Shown in pieces: positions 26,925-38,920 of a DNA stretch of 38,920 nucleotides. Within the stretch, counting starts at the first letter, position 1, and each line of letters starts with the position of its first letter. Source of the DNA: Eledone cirrhosa (taxonomy: Eukaryota); NCBI GenBank assembly GCA_964016885.1, contig CAXHJY010000549.1:1-38920 (forward strand), read 5' to 3'. The notes under the pieces were generated by a model that worked only from the letters and a program-made list of their open reading frames with translations, had not been told where the DNA came from and ran no database searches. The position numbers and the translations under genes are program-made.

Positions 26925-29900
26925 TTAGGTAAGGCGGGTCTTCTCTGTTACTGAGTACCGCCAAAGGTCTCGGTCCAGTGACATTGTCTTGGAGAGGTGT
27001 AAGTGTGTGATGTCGGAGTTTATCAGCTCGTCCCAGGTTTTTCTAGGTCTGCCTATTCCGTGACTACCGTCTATCTTTATTGCCCTGCACTTTGTTATAC
27101 AGCTATCGACTTTCATGCGCATCACGTGTCCATACCAACGTAGCCTTCTCTCGAGTAAACAACATCTGATCCCTCTTATCTCTAATTTATTCCTTAGTTC
27201 GTTTATGCTTTGCCGTTCACGTATATTACTGTTACACATCCAGCGGAGCATGCAAGCTTCGTTCCTCTCTAGTCTGCGTATATCCTCTGCACACAATGCC
27301 CAGGTCTCACTGCCATGCAGCATTGCTGTTCGTATGCAGGCATCGTACAACCTGCCTTTCATTTTTAGTGAGAACCCTTTAGCAGCTAATAGTGGTATAA
27401 GCTCTCTGAACTTTTTCCAACCAGTTCTGACTCTAGCTACAGTACTTTCAGAGCACCCTCCCCCACTGCTGATTTTATCGCCCAGGTAACGGAAGCTGTC
27501 CACTATTTCTATAGAACCCTCTGCGCAATTGAAAGAGCTAGTAGTTTGTGGGCACTTGCTGCTACTTATTGCACCAGAGCACCGGCCACATGTAAAATCT
27601 ATGTTCTTAGTTAGCTTACCTGTGATCCCACTACATCTTTTATGCACCCATACTTTGCATTTAGGACATAAAATGGAGTTTCTACCTACGCCTTTCCTAC
27701 ACACCGAGCACGACCATTTCCCAGAAGGGACCGCCGCCTTGTTTTCTTTCCTACAAACTAGTACTTTGGTCTTAGCCAGGTTAATTTTAAGTCCTTTTGA
27801 CTCTAGGCCGTGCTTCCATGTTTGGAATTTCTTCTCTAGCTCGGCCATTGATTCCGCTATGAGTGTCAGGTCGTCTGCGTATAGGAGTTCCCATGGGCAG
27901 CCTGTCTTGAACTCCTCTGTTATAGCCTGAAGGGCAATAATAAATAGTAGTGGACTGAGAACAGAGCCCTGATGGACGCCGACTTTTACGCTAAACTCTT
28001 CACTATATTCGTTGTTAATTCTAACCTTGCTGACTGTTTCTTTATACATGGCTTGTATAGCCCTCACAAGCCATTCGTCAACGCCTAGTTTTCTAAGAGC
28101 CCACCAGATAATGGAGCGGGGGACTCTGTCGAAGGCTTTCTCCAAGTCGACAAAAGCTAAGTAGAGGGGTTTACCTTTAGCTAGGTACTTCTCCTGTAGT
28201 TGTCGTACTATGAAAAGAGCGTCTGTGGTACTTTTGCCTGACACAAACCCGAACTGCATTTCATCTAGGTCAATTCTCTCTCTGATTAGTTGCGCTATTA
28301 CTCTTTCCGTGACCTTCATGACCTGGTCGATTAATTTAATGCCTCTGTAGTTACTCCTATCTAGGGCGTCTCCTTTACCCTTATAACAGTTAACGATGAT
28401 GCTGCTATGCCAGTCCTTCGGAACAACCCCGTTCTGTACGACTTGGTTAACTATGCGGGTGACCATGGTGTGTCCCACCGTGCCAGATGCCTTCAGCATC
28501 TCAGCAACTATTTCCGAAGGCCCAGCCGCCTTACCAGTCTTCATATCCTTGATTGCCTTACTTATTATACTCCCCTCGACTAACACTGCTGGTCCCTCTA
28601 TTGGGTCGATATGGGGGAGACTGCCTTTCTCCCAATTATTCTCCTCATTTAGAAGCCTTTCATAGTGACACTTCCAAGCTACCTTCTTATCAGCGTCGGT
28701 GATGGCAAGTGTGCCATCGTCGTTTAGTACACACTTCTCCCCGACAATATCACGGTTTTCCTTGACGCATTGCCTAGCAATCCTGAACACCTCACGTTTT
28801 TGGTCATCGCGTTGTAGAACATGCTTGAACTTTCTTTCCTCAGCTTCCCTTCTTGCTAAGTACACTTGTCTCCTAGCTTCCCTCCTGGCCACTTGATAGT
28901 CCTCTCTACTTCCCCCATCCCGCCATACTTTCCAAGCCTGCTTTTTGGCCTTAATTGACCCCTCCACCTTACTGTTCCACCACCATGTTACTCTCCTCCT
29001 GCCTACAGGCCTGCTCCAGCCACAGACCTCGTCTGTCGCCAACAGCAGGTTTGCTTTCAGAAATTCCCACTCTCCCTCTATATTGTCCGACTCTAAATGT
29101 TCTTCCTTACTGTCGAAAGCATCAAGTAATATGCTTTGAAATTTATTCCTGGCTGTGGGGTCCTTTAGCTTCCATATTTTCCTCCTGAGGATAGTCCTCT
29201 TCTGTTGTCGAGTACGTCTCGTCCTGACTATGAGGTCGCTAATTATCAGTCTATGTTTGGAGGTGCATTCTTCATGGGGGAGGGATTTAGTGTTAACAAC
29301 AGACACTCTGTCACGTCTTCTGGTAAGGATATAATCTACCTGGCTTGTGTGTTCCCCGGATCTATAGGTGATCAGGTGATTGTCACGTTTTTTGAAGTTA
29401 GTGTTACAGATAGTTAGGTTATTTGCATCACAGAATTCCAGGATTCTGGAGCCTTCCTCATTTCTAGTACCAAACCCATAGCCTCCATGGATTTCGTCGT
29501 AGCCGTCACAATGTTGTCCAACGTGACCATTTAGGTCGCCTGCGATAATTATATAGTCACTGTCGGATATTTGGGAGGTAGTTAGCATCAGTGTCTCATA
29601 GAATCTGTCTTTTATAGTGCCGGGCAGTCCGGATTGGGGTGCGTACGCAGATATTACTGTCACCGTAGTTCTATTGAGGACAAGTCGTATTTTAATTATT
29701 CTGTCGTTCACTCTATTTACGTCTATTATCTTATCTGCCCACTTTTCTGCTACCATGATTCCTACTCCACCCAGCCCATCGTCGTTTCCCACCCAGAAAA
29801 GCTTATAACAACGTTTTTTACCCTCAATGAACCTAGCAGACCCACCCCTCCACCTGGTCTCTTGAATACAACAAACATCGACCTCCTTACGTTCAAGCAT

Positions 29901-30095
29901 TTCTACAACCTCGTTAGCGCGACCCTTTAGGGTGCCTACATTTATGGTACCAACTCTGAAGTTTTGGATTGCGTTTGGGGGTTGGGGGCGGTGAGGGGCG
30001 GGGGGCGATGGAGTTATGTTAGCCGTCCGCGGTCGAAACAATGAGGAGTGCTCGCATTCTCGTCCAAGGGGTGAATTTGTCTTTATCTTTGGCAT
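26925..30095 (-). CDS. APE endonuclease - reverse transcriptase polyprotein with an internal PHD-type zinc finger. The frame is open to 30437; the start codon is uncertain (ATG at 30365, 30155 or 30095)
   Basis: APE: GTINVGTL, CIQETRW, GVGI, SAYAPQ, GDLNGHVG, VDYIL, SKHRL. RT: YRGIKL, QFGF, DLEKAFD, QGSVLSP, YADD (27870-27881), YLG. RTE C-terminus: [23 protein letters not shown]. Confidence 0.93.
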   Translation of the reverse strand: MPKIKTNSPLGRECEHSSLFRPRTANITPSPPAPHRPQPPNAIQNFRVGTINVGTLKGRANEVVEMLERKEVDVCCIQETRWRGGSARFIEGKKRCYKLFWVGNDDGLGGVGIMVAEKWADKIIDVNRVNDRIIKIRLVLNRTTVTVISAYAPQSGLPGTIKDRFYETLMLTTSQISDSDYIIIAGDLNGHVGQHCDGYDEIHGGYGFGTRNEEGSRILEFCDANNLTICNTNFKKRDNHLITYRSGEHTSQVDYILTRRRDRVSVVNTKSLPHEECTSKHRLIISDLIVRTRRTRQQKRTILRRKIWKLKDPTARNKFQSILLDAFDSKEEHLESDNIEGEWEFLKANLLLATDEVCGWSRPVGRRRVTWWWNSKVEGSIKAKKQAWKVWRDGGSREDYQVARREARRQVYLARREAEERKFKHVLQRDDQKREVFRIARQCVKENRDIVGEKCVLNDDGTLAITDADKKVAWKCHYERLLNEENNWEKGSLPHIDPIEGPAVLVEGSIISKAIKDMKTGKAAGPSEIVAEMLKASGTVGHTMVTRIVNQVVQNGVVPKDWHSSIIVNCYKGKGDALDRSNYRGIKLIDQVMKVTERVIAQLIRERIDLDEMQFGFVSGKSTTDALFIVRQLQEKYLAKGKPLYLAFVDLEKAFDRVPRSIIWWALRKLGVDEWLVRAIQAMYKETVSKVRINNEYSEEFSVKVGVHQGSVLSPLLFIIALQAITEEFKTGCPWELLYADDLTLIAESMAELEKKFQTWKHGLESKGLKINLAKTKVLVCRKENKAAVPSGKWSCSVCRKGVGRNSILCPKCKVWVHKRCSGITGKLTKNIDFTCGRCSGAISSSKCPQTTSSFNCAEGSIEIVDSFRYLGDKISSGGGCSESTVARVRTGWKKFRELIPLLAAKGFSLKMKGRLYDACIRTAMLHGSETWALCAEDIRRLERNEACMLRWMCNSNIRERQSINELRNKLEIRGIRCCLLERRLRWYGHVMRMKVDSCITKCRAIKIDGSHGIGRPRKTWDELINSDITHLHLSKTMSLDRDLWRYSVTEKTRLT

Positions 30096-30209
30096 TGTCG
30101 CTGAGCATCCAGATTTTTCTCTCTCACCTCCACTCTCCAGGATTCCGCAGTCCATCCATCCATCATATATCGTATATCGAAAGGCAACCAGGCAAGCGAT
30201 AGTATAGGC

Positions 30210-30285
30210 CTCTGGTTTCTGATTGGTCCGCGTAATAATACTGGTGATGCGTGGGGGCTCTGTTTTATGATTGGTCCACGTAATA
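30210..30285. promoter_or_regulatory. Duplicated CCAAT-box module in the LINE 5' leader (candidate internal promoter)
   Basis: ctctggtttctgATTGGtccgcgtaata and ctctgttttatgATTGGtccacgtaata, 48 bp apart; a third gattgg at about 30475. Confidence 0.4.
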
Positions 30286-30498
30286 GCAATGGTGGTGTGT
30301 GGGGGTGGGAGGGAGGGGTGTTGGGTAGCTAGCAAGAAGGTAATGATTGAGAGGGGTCCATGCATGTAACAAGCGATTAACAAAAATACAAAATTTGTTC
30401 TGTTAAATACGTCCAAAAACCTAAACGTATTTAGCACTTAATAGAAACAGAAAATGTAGTTTGTTTTAGCGATAGATTGGCTATTTGGACTTGCTACG

Positions 30499-30567
<69 letters not shown>

Positions 30568-30616
30568 CATGTATACATACATACATATGTATATATACGT
30601 AAATACATATATATAC

Positions 30617-30944
30617 ATGGTGGCTGCCAACTCGTTTTCGAGTACGGCCACTACTTTATATCCATGTAGGAGAACCCCTACCGATGCGCCAACGAGTGTG
30701 ACTTTTTAGTCCAGCCAGCGACTTGAAAACTCTGGTACAAACACTACACCTTTGACAATTACTGACATATAGTGCGGGGCCTATGGTACCATGTGACGAC
30801 AAGTGCAGAGAGATCTCCAGATATAAAGCAATGCCTGTGCCGTGAAGCTTTTATAGTGAGAAACGGCACTGCACAAAGCCAGTCCCACTCTCTTAACCAA
30901 GATGATAGTTACCAAAAAGAAGAAGAAGTCAACATCATTGGATA

Positions 30945-30947
<3 letters not shown>
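30617..30947 (-). mobile_element. 5'-truncated copy of the non-autonomous element at 13772-14420
   Basis: Reverse complement of about 14060-14420, lacking the 36-bp internal duplication; same 3' end; TA flanks. Confidence 0.88.
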
Positions 30948-30991
<44 letters not shown>

Positions 30992-31132
30992 TCACAAGAA
31001 TCAAAGCAATGTTCAAAGCATTTATTCACTTACAATTTTTTCATTCAAACCTAGGCTTGGAGTCTTCGGAGCATTTTTCAATGCTTGTACATATAATTGA
31101 CCTCCTATATATATATATACATATATATATAT

Positions 31133-31165
<33 letters not shown>

Positions 31166-31168
31166 TAT

Positions 31169-32466
31169 ATCATCATCATCATCATCATCACCGTTTTACG
31201 TCCGTTCTTCCACGCTAGCATGGGTTAGATGGGTTGACCTGTTGTGGGCAGTGTCTGGTCGGCTGACCATGCCTTGCTCATCCAGGAACTGATTTGGCTT
31301 GACTTCTACAGCTGGATGCCCTTACTAACACCAACCTCATTTACAGTGAGTGCTGGCTGCTTTTTCGTGGCACCTACACGTCCACTTTACAGTGTGGGCT
31401 GGGTGCTTTTTTGCCGTGGCACCTCCACGACCACCCTGCAGTGGTAGGGTGTGGGGGCATATTGTCTATATGCTTCAGCTTATACCCATGGGAGGTCGGG
31501 TACTCTGTATTACTCCGTGACCCCAGAGGTCACGGTCATGTTTCATCGCCTTTGAGAAGTATAATTGGGTAAGGTCGGCTTTTATCACCTCATCCCAGGT
31601 CATCTTGGGTCTCCCCACTCCGCGGTTTCCATCGACTGCTAGTGCTCTGCACCTTTTTATGCAGCTGTCATCCTTCATACGCATCACATGTCCATACCAA
31701 CGCATCCGCCTCTCCTGCACACAGCATTTGATTCCTCATTTGATTCCTCTCAATTCATTTATGCTTTGTCGGTCGCGTATATTACTATTGCACATCCATC
31801 GGAGCATGCAGGCTTCGTTTCTCTCTAATCTACGTAAGTCTTCCACCTTCAGCGCCCAGGTCTCACTACCATGCAACATCGCTGTTCGGATACACGCATC
31901 ATTCAGTCTGCCTTTCATTTTGAGAGAGAAGCCTTTTGCAGCTAGCAGTGGCAGTAGTTCCCTAAACTTCTTCCATCCCGTTCTTACCCTAGTTATTGTA
32001 CTTTCTGAACACCCACCTCCGTTGCTAATTCGGTCACCTAGGTAGCAGAAGCTGTCTACTGTTTCTACAGGGCCCTCCCAGAGATTGGTGGTACTTGTTT
32101 CCTGTGGCTGTTTGCTGCTTGCTGTCTCAGCACAGCTGCTGCATGTGAATCCTACATTCTTAATTAAGCTTCCTGAGATCCTGCTACATTTCTTGGGTAC
32201 CCATTGTTTGCATTTGGGGCAGAGAATGGAGTTCCTACCTACACCTTTCCTACATACTGAGCAAGGCCATTTCCCTGAGGGGATCTGGGTTCTGTTTTCT
32301 CGTCTACTTACAAGGACCTTAGTCTTTGTCATGTTGACTTTGAGGCCCTTTCTTTCTAGTCCCTGCTTCCAAGTTTGGAATTTATTCTCTAGTTCTACCA
32401 TAGATTCAGCTATGAGTGCGAGGTCATCAGCATACAGGAGTTCCCATGGGCATCCGGTCTTAAACT
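31169..32466 (-). mobile_element. RTE LINE family B copy B3, 5'-truncated, frameshifted
   Basis: ORFs 31736-32401 and 31475-31720 are one frame broken at a catttgattcct duplication/deletion (about 31725-31750); the PHD His is mutated (WVPKKC). Confidence 0.93.
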
Positions 32467-32638
32467 ATATATATATGTATATACATATATCTATATATAT
32501 ATGTATATACATATATCTATATATATGTATATACATATATCTATATATATATGTATATACATATATCTATATATATTTGTATATACATATATCTATATAT
32601 ATTTGTATATACATACATCTATATATATTTGTATATAC

Positions 32639-32677
<39 letters not shown>

Positions 32678-32687
32678 CATATATATA

Positions 32688-32739
32688 TCATCATCATCAT
32701 CATCATTTTACGTCCGCCTTTCCCTGCTTGCAAGGGTGG
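32688..32739 (-). mobile_element. Isolated SINE 3' tail (extreme 5' truncation)
   Basis: Reverse complement of ccacccttgcaagcagggaaaggcggacgtaaaa(tga)n, lying inside a TA tract. Confidence 0.8.
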
Positions 32740-32929
32740 TATGTATATACATATATATATATACATATATATATGTATATACATATATATATATATACAT
32801 AAATATATGTATATACATATATATATATATGTATATACATATATATATGTAGATATATATATGTGTATATACATATATATATATATATGTATATACATAT
32901 ATGTGTATATACATATATATATATATATG

Positions 32930-32968
<39 letters not shown>

Positions 32969-33116
32969 ATATACATATATATATATACATACGTATATGT
33001 GTATATACATATATATATGTATATACATATATATATGTATATACATATATATATATATATATGTATATACATATATGTATATATATATGTATATATATAG
33101 ATATATATATGCAAAT

Positions 33117-33180
<64 letters not shown>

Positions 33181-33182
<2 letters not shown>

Positions 33183-33513
33183 AGGCACATGGCTTAGTGG
33201 CTAGAGCATTGGCCTTGCAATCAAAAGGTTGTGAGTTCAATTCTCAGACCGGGTGATGTGTTGTTTCCTTGAGCAAGACACTTTATTTCACATTGCTCCA
33301 GTTTACTCAGCTGTAGAAATGAGATGATAGGACTGGGGTCCCTATCATTCCACTGTAAAGTGGTCGTGGAGTTGCCACGGCTAAAAAGCACCCAGCACTC
33401 ACTGTAAATGAGGTTGGTGTTAGGAAGGGCATCCAGCTGTAGAAATCAAGCCAGTATCAGTTTCCGTCGCACCCTTGCAAGCAGGGAAAAGTGGACGTAA
33501 AATGATGATGATG

Positions 33514-33515
<2 letters not shown>
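33181..33515 (+). mobile_element. tRNA-derived SINE, same family as 12974-13357; tail plus flank duplicated at about 33673-33870
   Basis: tggcttagtgg and gagttcaattc boxes, same core, LINE B-like tail lacking one unit of about 50 bp; tgcaagcagggaaaagtggacgtaaaatgatg is repeated at 33673-33712. Confidence 0.9.
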
Positions 33516-33544
<29 letters not shown>

Positions 33545-33572
33545 TATATATATGTATATACATATATATACA

Positions 33573-33613
<41 letters not shown>

Positions 33614-33632
33614 GTATATACATATATATACA

Positions 33633-33663
<31 letters not shown>

Positions 33664-33710
33664 GTATATATATGCAAGCAGGGAAAAGTGGACGTAAAAT
33701 GATGATGATG

Positions 33711-33741
<31 letters not shown>

Positions 33742-33769
33742 TATATATATGTATATACATATATATACA

Positions 33770-33810
<41 letters not shown>

Positions 33811-33849
33811 GTATATACATATATATACATATATATATATGTATAAACA

Positions 33850-33881
<32 letters not shown>

Positions 33882-34000
33882 CATATATATATATGGATAT
33901 ACATATATATATATATATACATATATATATGTATATACATATATATATGCATACATATATAGCTATATACACATATATATATACATATATGTATATATGT

Positions 34001-34033
<33 letters not shown>

Positions 34034-34703
34034 ATTGTCTATCCATATATATATATGTATATATATGTGTGTATGTGTATGTATGTGTGTGTGTGTATGT
34101 TTGTAACAAAGAAACAAAACCAAAACCAAGAAAACAATGGCTTTGACCTTTTTAACCTGATCACAACCTTGTACACACACATAAAAATGATGCCAATTTT
34201 AAAGAAGGCGAAGGAAATATACATTTTTTTTTTCAAACCAAAATTCCCTCTCCCCCCTTAAACTTGGAACCATTCCAAGTTTGGTCAATATCACAAATTT
34301 ATAGTCTATTTCGGTTGTCATTGTGATTACAGTGATTCATATGTCTGGCCGTAATGAATTCCAGTTTTAGAAAAAGGCAGGAATTGCAATAAACATGTTA
34401 ATTCTTGGAAATTATTTGAAAAAGTTAAAAAAAGAAAAAAAATCAGGAGAGAAAAAAAATGAAAATGAAAAACAAAATCTGAAACAAATATGAAGCCCAA
34501 TCCAAAACCTTGCCCTTTATTTTGTATTAACCAAGTAATTAATAACCACCCAGTCCCCATATCACTTCATGCCCAGCCTCCTACACAAGCTCTTGAAAAA
34601 CTAGATTCTAATTAGTCTAAACCCCCATCAATGCCTAATGACAAACAACAACATCTAATTTAAGTATGGTGTCCGACCCTCTACCGATACTACCAACCCA
34701 TCA

Positions 34704-35024
34704 AATAATAATAATAATAATTGTTTCTACTTTAGGCACAAGGCCAGCAATTACCCAGTGCATTACTGGTACTTTATTTTATCGACCCCGTAAGGATGAA
34801 AGGCAAAGTCAACCTCGGCGGTTTCTGATATAGGTACAAGGCCAGCAATTTGAGGGAGAGGGGGAAGTCGATTAAATCGACATCAGTTCATTACAAGTAC
34901 TTTATTTTATTGACTTCATAAAGATAAAAGGCAAAGCTAACCTCAACAGGATTTGAACTCAGAACGTAAAGGGACATAACTCTATGCCATAAAGCCTGTT
35001 CGACACTATCGATTCTGCCAATCC
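34704..35024 (-). mobile_element. Two partial copies of an octopus-type SINE with a (TTA)n tail
   Basis: aggcacaaggccagcaatt..ggtactttattttatcgacccc..ggatgaaaggcaaagtcaacctc occurs twice; B box gagttcaaatcc on the minus strand. Family recognised from memory only. Confidence 0.7.
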
Positions 35025-35231
35025 AAATAATGATTTTCTTTATTAGCCGCTGGCCCATGCAGATAAGAATATAATATATATTACAAACATAGGGGAAAAT
35101 ACATGTAGAGGTTGGACAAGGTGATATAAAAACAAAGGTAAAGACAAGGACTTTATAGAACAGACAGATTTGATAAAACATGAAATATGTAGAAAATTAT
35201 TATTATTATAAATATGTATATTTATACACAT

Positions 35232-35286
<55 letters not shown>

Positions 35287-35568
35287 TATATATATTATAT
35301 ATATGTGTGTGTGTATATATATCTATCTCTCTCTCTATATATATATATATTGCGTTTTTGAATTTGTTTAGCAAGATTCTTTATCTGAAAACGTGTGCTG
35401 AAACCGATATTGTTATACTTTCGGAGGGTCATGTTGCCAATAAGAAACACACGCACCAGTCGCTTTCACTCCAATTTATTATAAATTAAATTTATAAATG
35501 TCCGGTTGGTTGGTTGGTTCCATAACCGGACGGTTGTTTATATATTGTCAAAGTTCTTTCGTCACACA

Positions 35569-35719
35569 TTCTGTGACCTCTTCAGTGACTGGGGATTCTT
35601 TTCTTTGTTTTGTGCCTCTCCTTTGTTTTGTTCTACGCCAAACAAGATGGCGTAAGACAGAACAATGGGGAGGCACAAAACAAAGAAAATAATCCCCAGT
35701 TATTGAGGGAGGAACAGAA
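35569..35719 (+). other. Long imperfect hairpin (72-nt arms, 7-nt loop)
   Basis: 35569-35640 pairs with 35648-35719; most arm differences are G-U compatible on the + strand. Confidence 0.8.
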
Positions 35720-36099
35720 GGGTCTCGAATTTGCCGTCCAAAAGACCCATCGACAATAACAAAAACCGCTAAAATCAACGCAGAATGATACATTGTAGGT
35801 CGCTTTAACCCGTCTTTTATTAATCAAAAATGTCTTGCCAATAAACATTAACCCTTTGTGTGCCATTCATCTAACTGTAGACCAACAAATACCAACTAAA
35901 TGGAGTGTTGACAAAAACGATGGCGAATGAATCTTCGAGGTAAGCAGTTTCCTCCTGAGATGTTAGTTCACGCAGGATTTTCTGCTACACCTTTTCATAA
36001 TAATACCGAACAACGTACTGCTGGTCACTCCTTCCACCAAAAGCCGTACATAGCGGACATGTGCATCGGGCAGATGGATCGGATGCAAATCTACACCAA

Positions 36100-36526
36100 G
36101 CCTACGCGAGAAATTCGCAAGGGACTGCACCGAGAGGGATAGAGAGAAAGAGTAACTTAGTGGAAAGAGTGCGAATGAACTTTTGAGGTAAGTAGCCTAC
36201 GCCTTATTACTATGACACTGGAACCTTCTGCCAACTTAACCTGTAAACTTTCTATTTCACGTTTACTCCAATAGGCCAAAACAGAGTGGAAACGCTGGGG
36301 GACAACAGTTACAGAAAGAGTATGAAAAGAAGGGGGGCAACAATATTTCTAGGAACAATGCACGTAGACAGCTAAACTGTACTTTCAAATTATTAATTTT
36401 CTCCAAATAAAACAAGTTTCCTGTCGGTATATTTTTGTGAATTTTTGACAGGCACTCACAAATAAACGTTTTTCATTGGAGGTGTTATTACCAATGTTCT
36501 TATCCATGCAACGTCAGGATACACTG
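36100..36526. mobile_element. Possible Tc1/mariner right end
   Basis: Unique sequence ends ..ggataCACTG|TA at a TA tract; no matching left TIR seen. Confidence 0.3.
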
Positions 36527-37250
<724 letters not shown>

Positions 37251-38170
37251 ATCATCATCATCATCATCATCAGCGTTTAACGTCGTGTTCCACGCTTGCA
37301 TGGGTTTGGACGGGGGTAGTCCCACTTGAGGCAAGAGTGATTGTCTTGCTCGCATAGGACTGTCTGGCAGGTTTTCTACAGTTGGATGCCCTTCCTAACA
37401 CCAACCACATTTACAGTGTGGGTCTGGGAGGTTTTTACCGTGTTGCCTACACGGCCACATTACAGCGTGGACTGTGTGTTTTTTTGTCGTGACACCTACA
37501 CGATCTCATTTGTTTCGGCCTCGATGGCGCGGCACCAACATAACTTTACATAGAACGGGGTGGTGTGGATCGGGTGGGGGTGGTGGGACGGGGTGTATTT
37601 GTTAGAGATGCCTACTGGCTGGAGTAGGTTTTACTATATATTTAGGTAAGGCGGGTCTTCTCTGTTACTGAGTACCGCCAAAGGTCTCGGTCCAGTGACA
37701 TTGTCTTGGAGAGGTGTAAGTGTGTGATGTCGGAGTTTATCAGCTCGTCCCAGGTTTTTCTAGGTCTGCCTATTCCGTGACTACCGTCTATCTTTATTGC
37801 CCTGCACTTTGTTATACAGCTATCGACTTTCATGCGCATCACGTGTCCATACCAACGTAGCCTTCTCTCGAGTAAACAACATCTGATCCCTCTTATCTCT
37901 AATTTATTCCTTAGTTCGTTTATGCTTTGCCGTTCACGTATATTACTGTTACACATCCAGTGGAGCATGCAAACTTCGTTCCTCTCTAGTCTGCGTATAT
38001 CCTCTGCACACAATGCCCAGGTCTCACTGCCATGCAGCATTGCTGTTCGTATGCAGGCATCGTACAACCTGCCTTTCATTTTTAGTGAGAACCCTTTAGC
38101 AGCTAATAGTGGTATAAGCTCTCTGAACTTTTTCCAACCAGTTCTGACTCTAGCTACAGTACTTTCAGAG
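37251..38170 (-). mobile_element. RTE LINE family A copy A6, 5'-truncated
   Basis: ORF 37642-38079; shares A5 diagnostics (ggcctcga, ELRNKL, NSDIT, KTRLT*); extra tactttca slippage copy at the 5' junction (38171-38178). Confidence 0.95.
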
Positions 38171-38178
38171 TACTTTCA

Positions 38179-38920
<742 letters not shown>

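Larger units (their letters stand above)
26522..30500 (-). mobile_element. RTE LINE family A copy A5, apparently full length (about 4.0 kb)
   Basis: 5' leader, single uninterrupted APE-RT ORF, 3' UTR of about 400 bp and (GAT)n tail; both ends abut AT/TA-repeat sequence; no separate ORF1. Confidence 0.95.

Noticed and set aside
30096-30437. A separate ORF1 or signal-peptide-like N-terminus in the full-length LINE
   Set aside because: It is in frame with APE-RT, starts at GTG and shows no gag, RRM or zinc-knuckle motif; probably 5' UTR.
35923-36195. Two copies of gcgaatgaa..ttygagGTAAG resembling spliced-leader exon/donor units
   Set aside because: Only about 25 bp are shared, with no adjacent Sm site at SL-RNA spacing and no repeated gene unit; more likely an internal repeat of a decayed transposon.

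Overview
Eukaryotic, repeat-saturated DNA with no recognisable host gene. The SINEs and the extreme (TA)n content suggest an octopus-like mollusc; this is recollection, not a search result. The backbone is (TA)n micro/minisatellite, which explains all the YIYI ORFs. Inserted into it are: (1) nine copies of two related RTE-clade LINE families. Family A has six copies, one apparently full length at 26522-30500 with an intact APE-RT ORF; family B has three. All end in (GAT)n tails fused to AT-rich or TA-repeat sequence, and both families encode a C4HC3 PHD-type finger inside the reverse transcriptase. (2) tRNA-derived SINEs that share the family B 3' tail. (3) Two copies of a non-autonomous RTE-like derivative. 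(4) Several unrelated short non-coding insertions carrying minimal type I hammerhead ribozyme motifs, mostly as fold-back palindromes (Penelope-like pLTR or retrozyme-like). The best is a highly structured 468-bp unit with terminal redundancy at 15202-15723. (5) A nested MITE > Helitron > LINE stack and older relics. The most notable observations are the hammerhead/retrozyme-like elements, the PHD finger inside the RT, the (TA)n targeting (with an internal empty/filled site pair), and the occurrence of closest-relative LINE copies as convergent tail-to-tail pairs. Coordinates were read by eye and may be off by a few bases.
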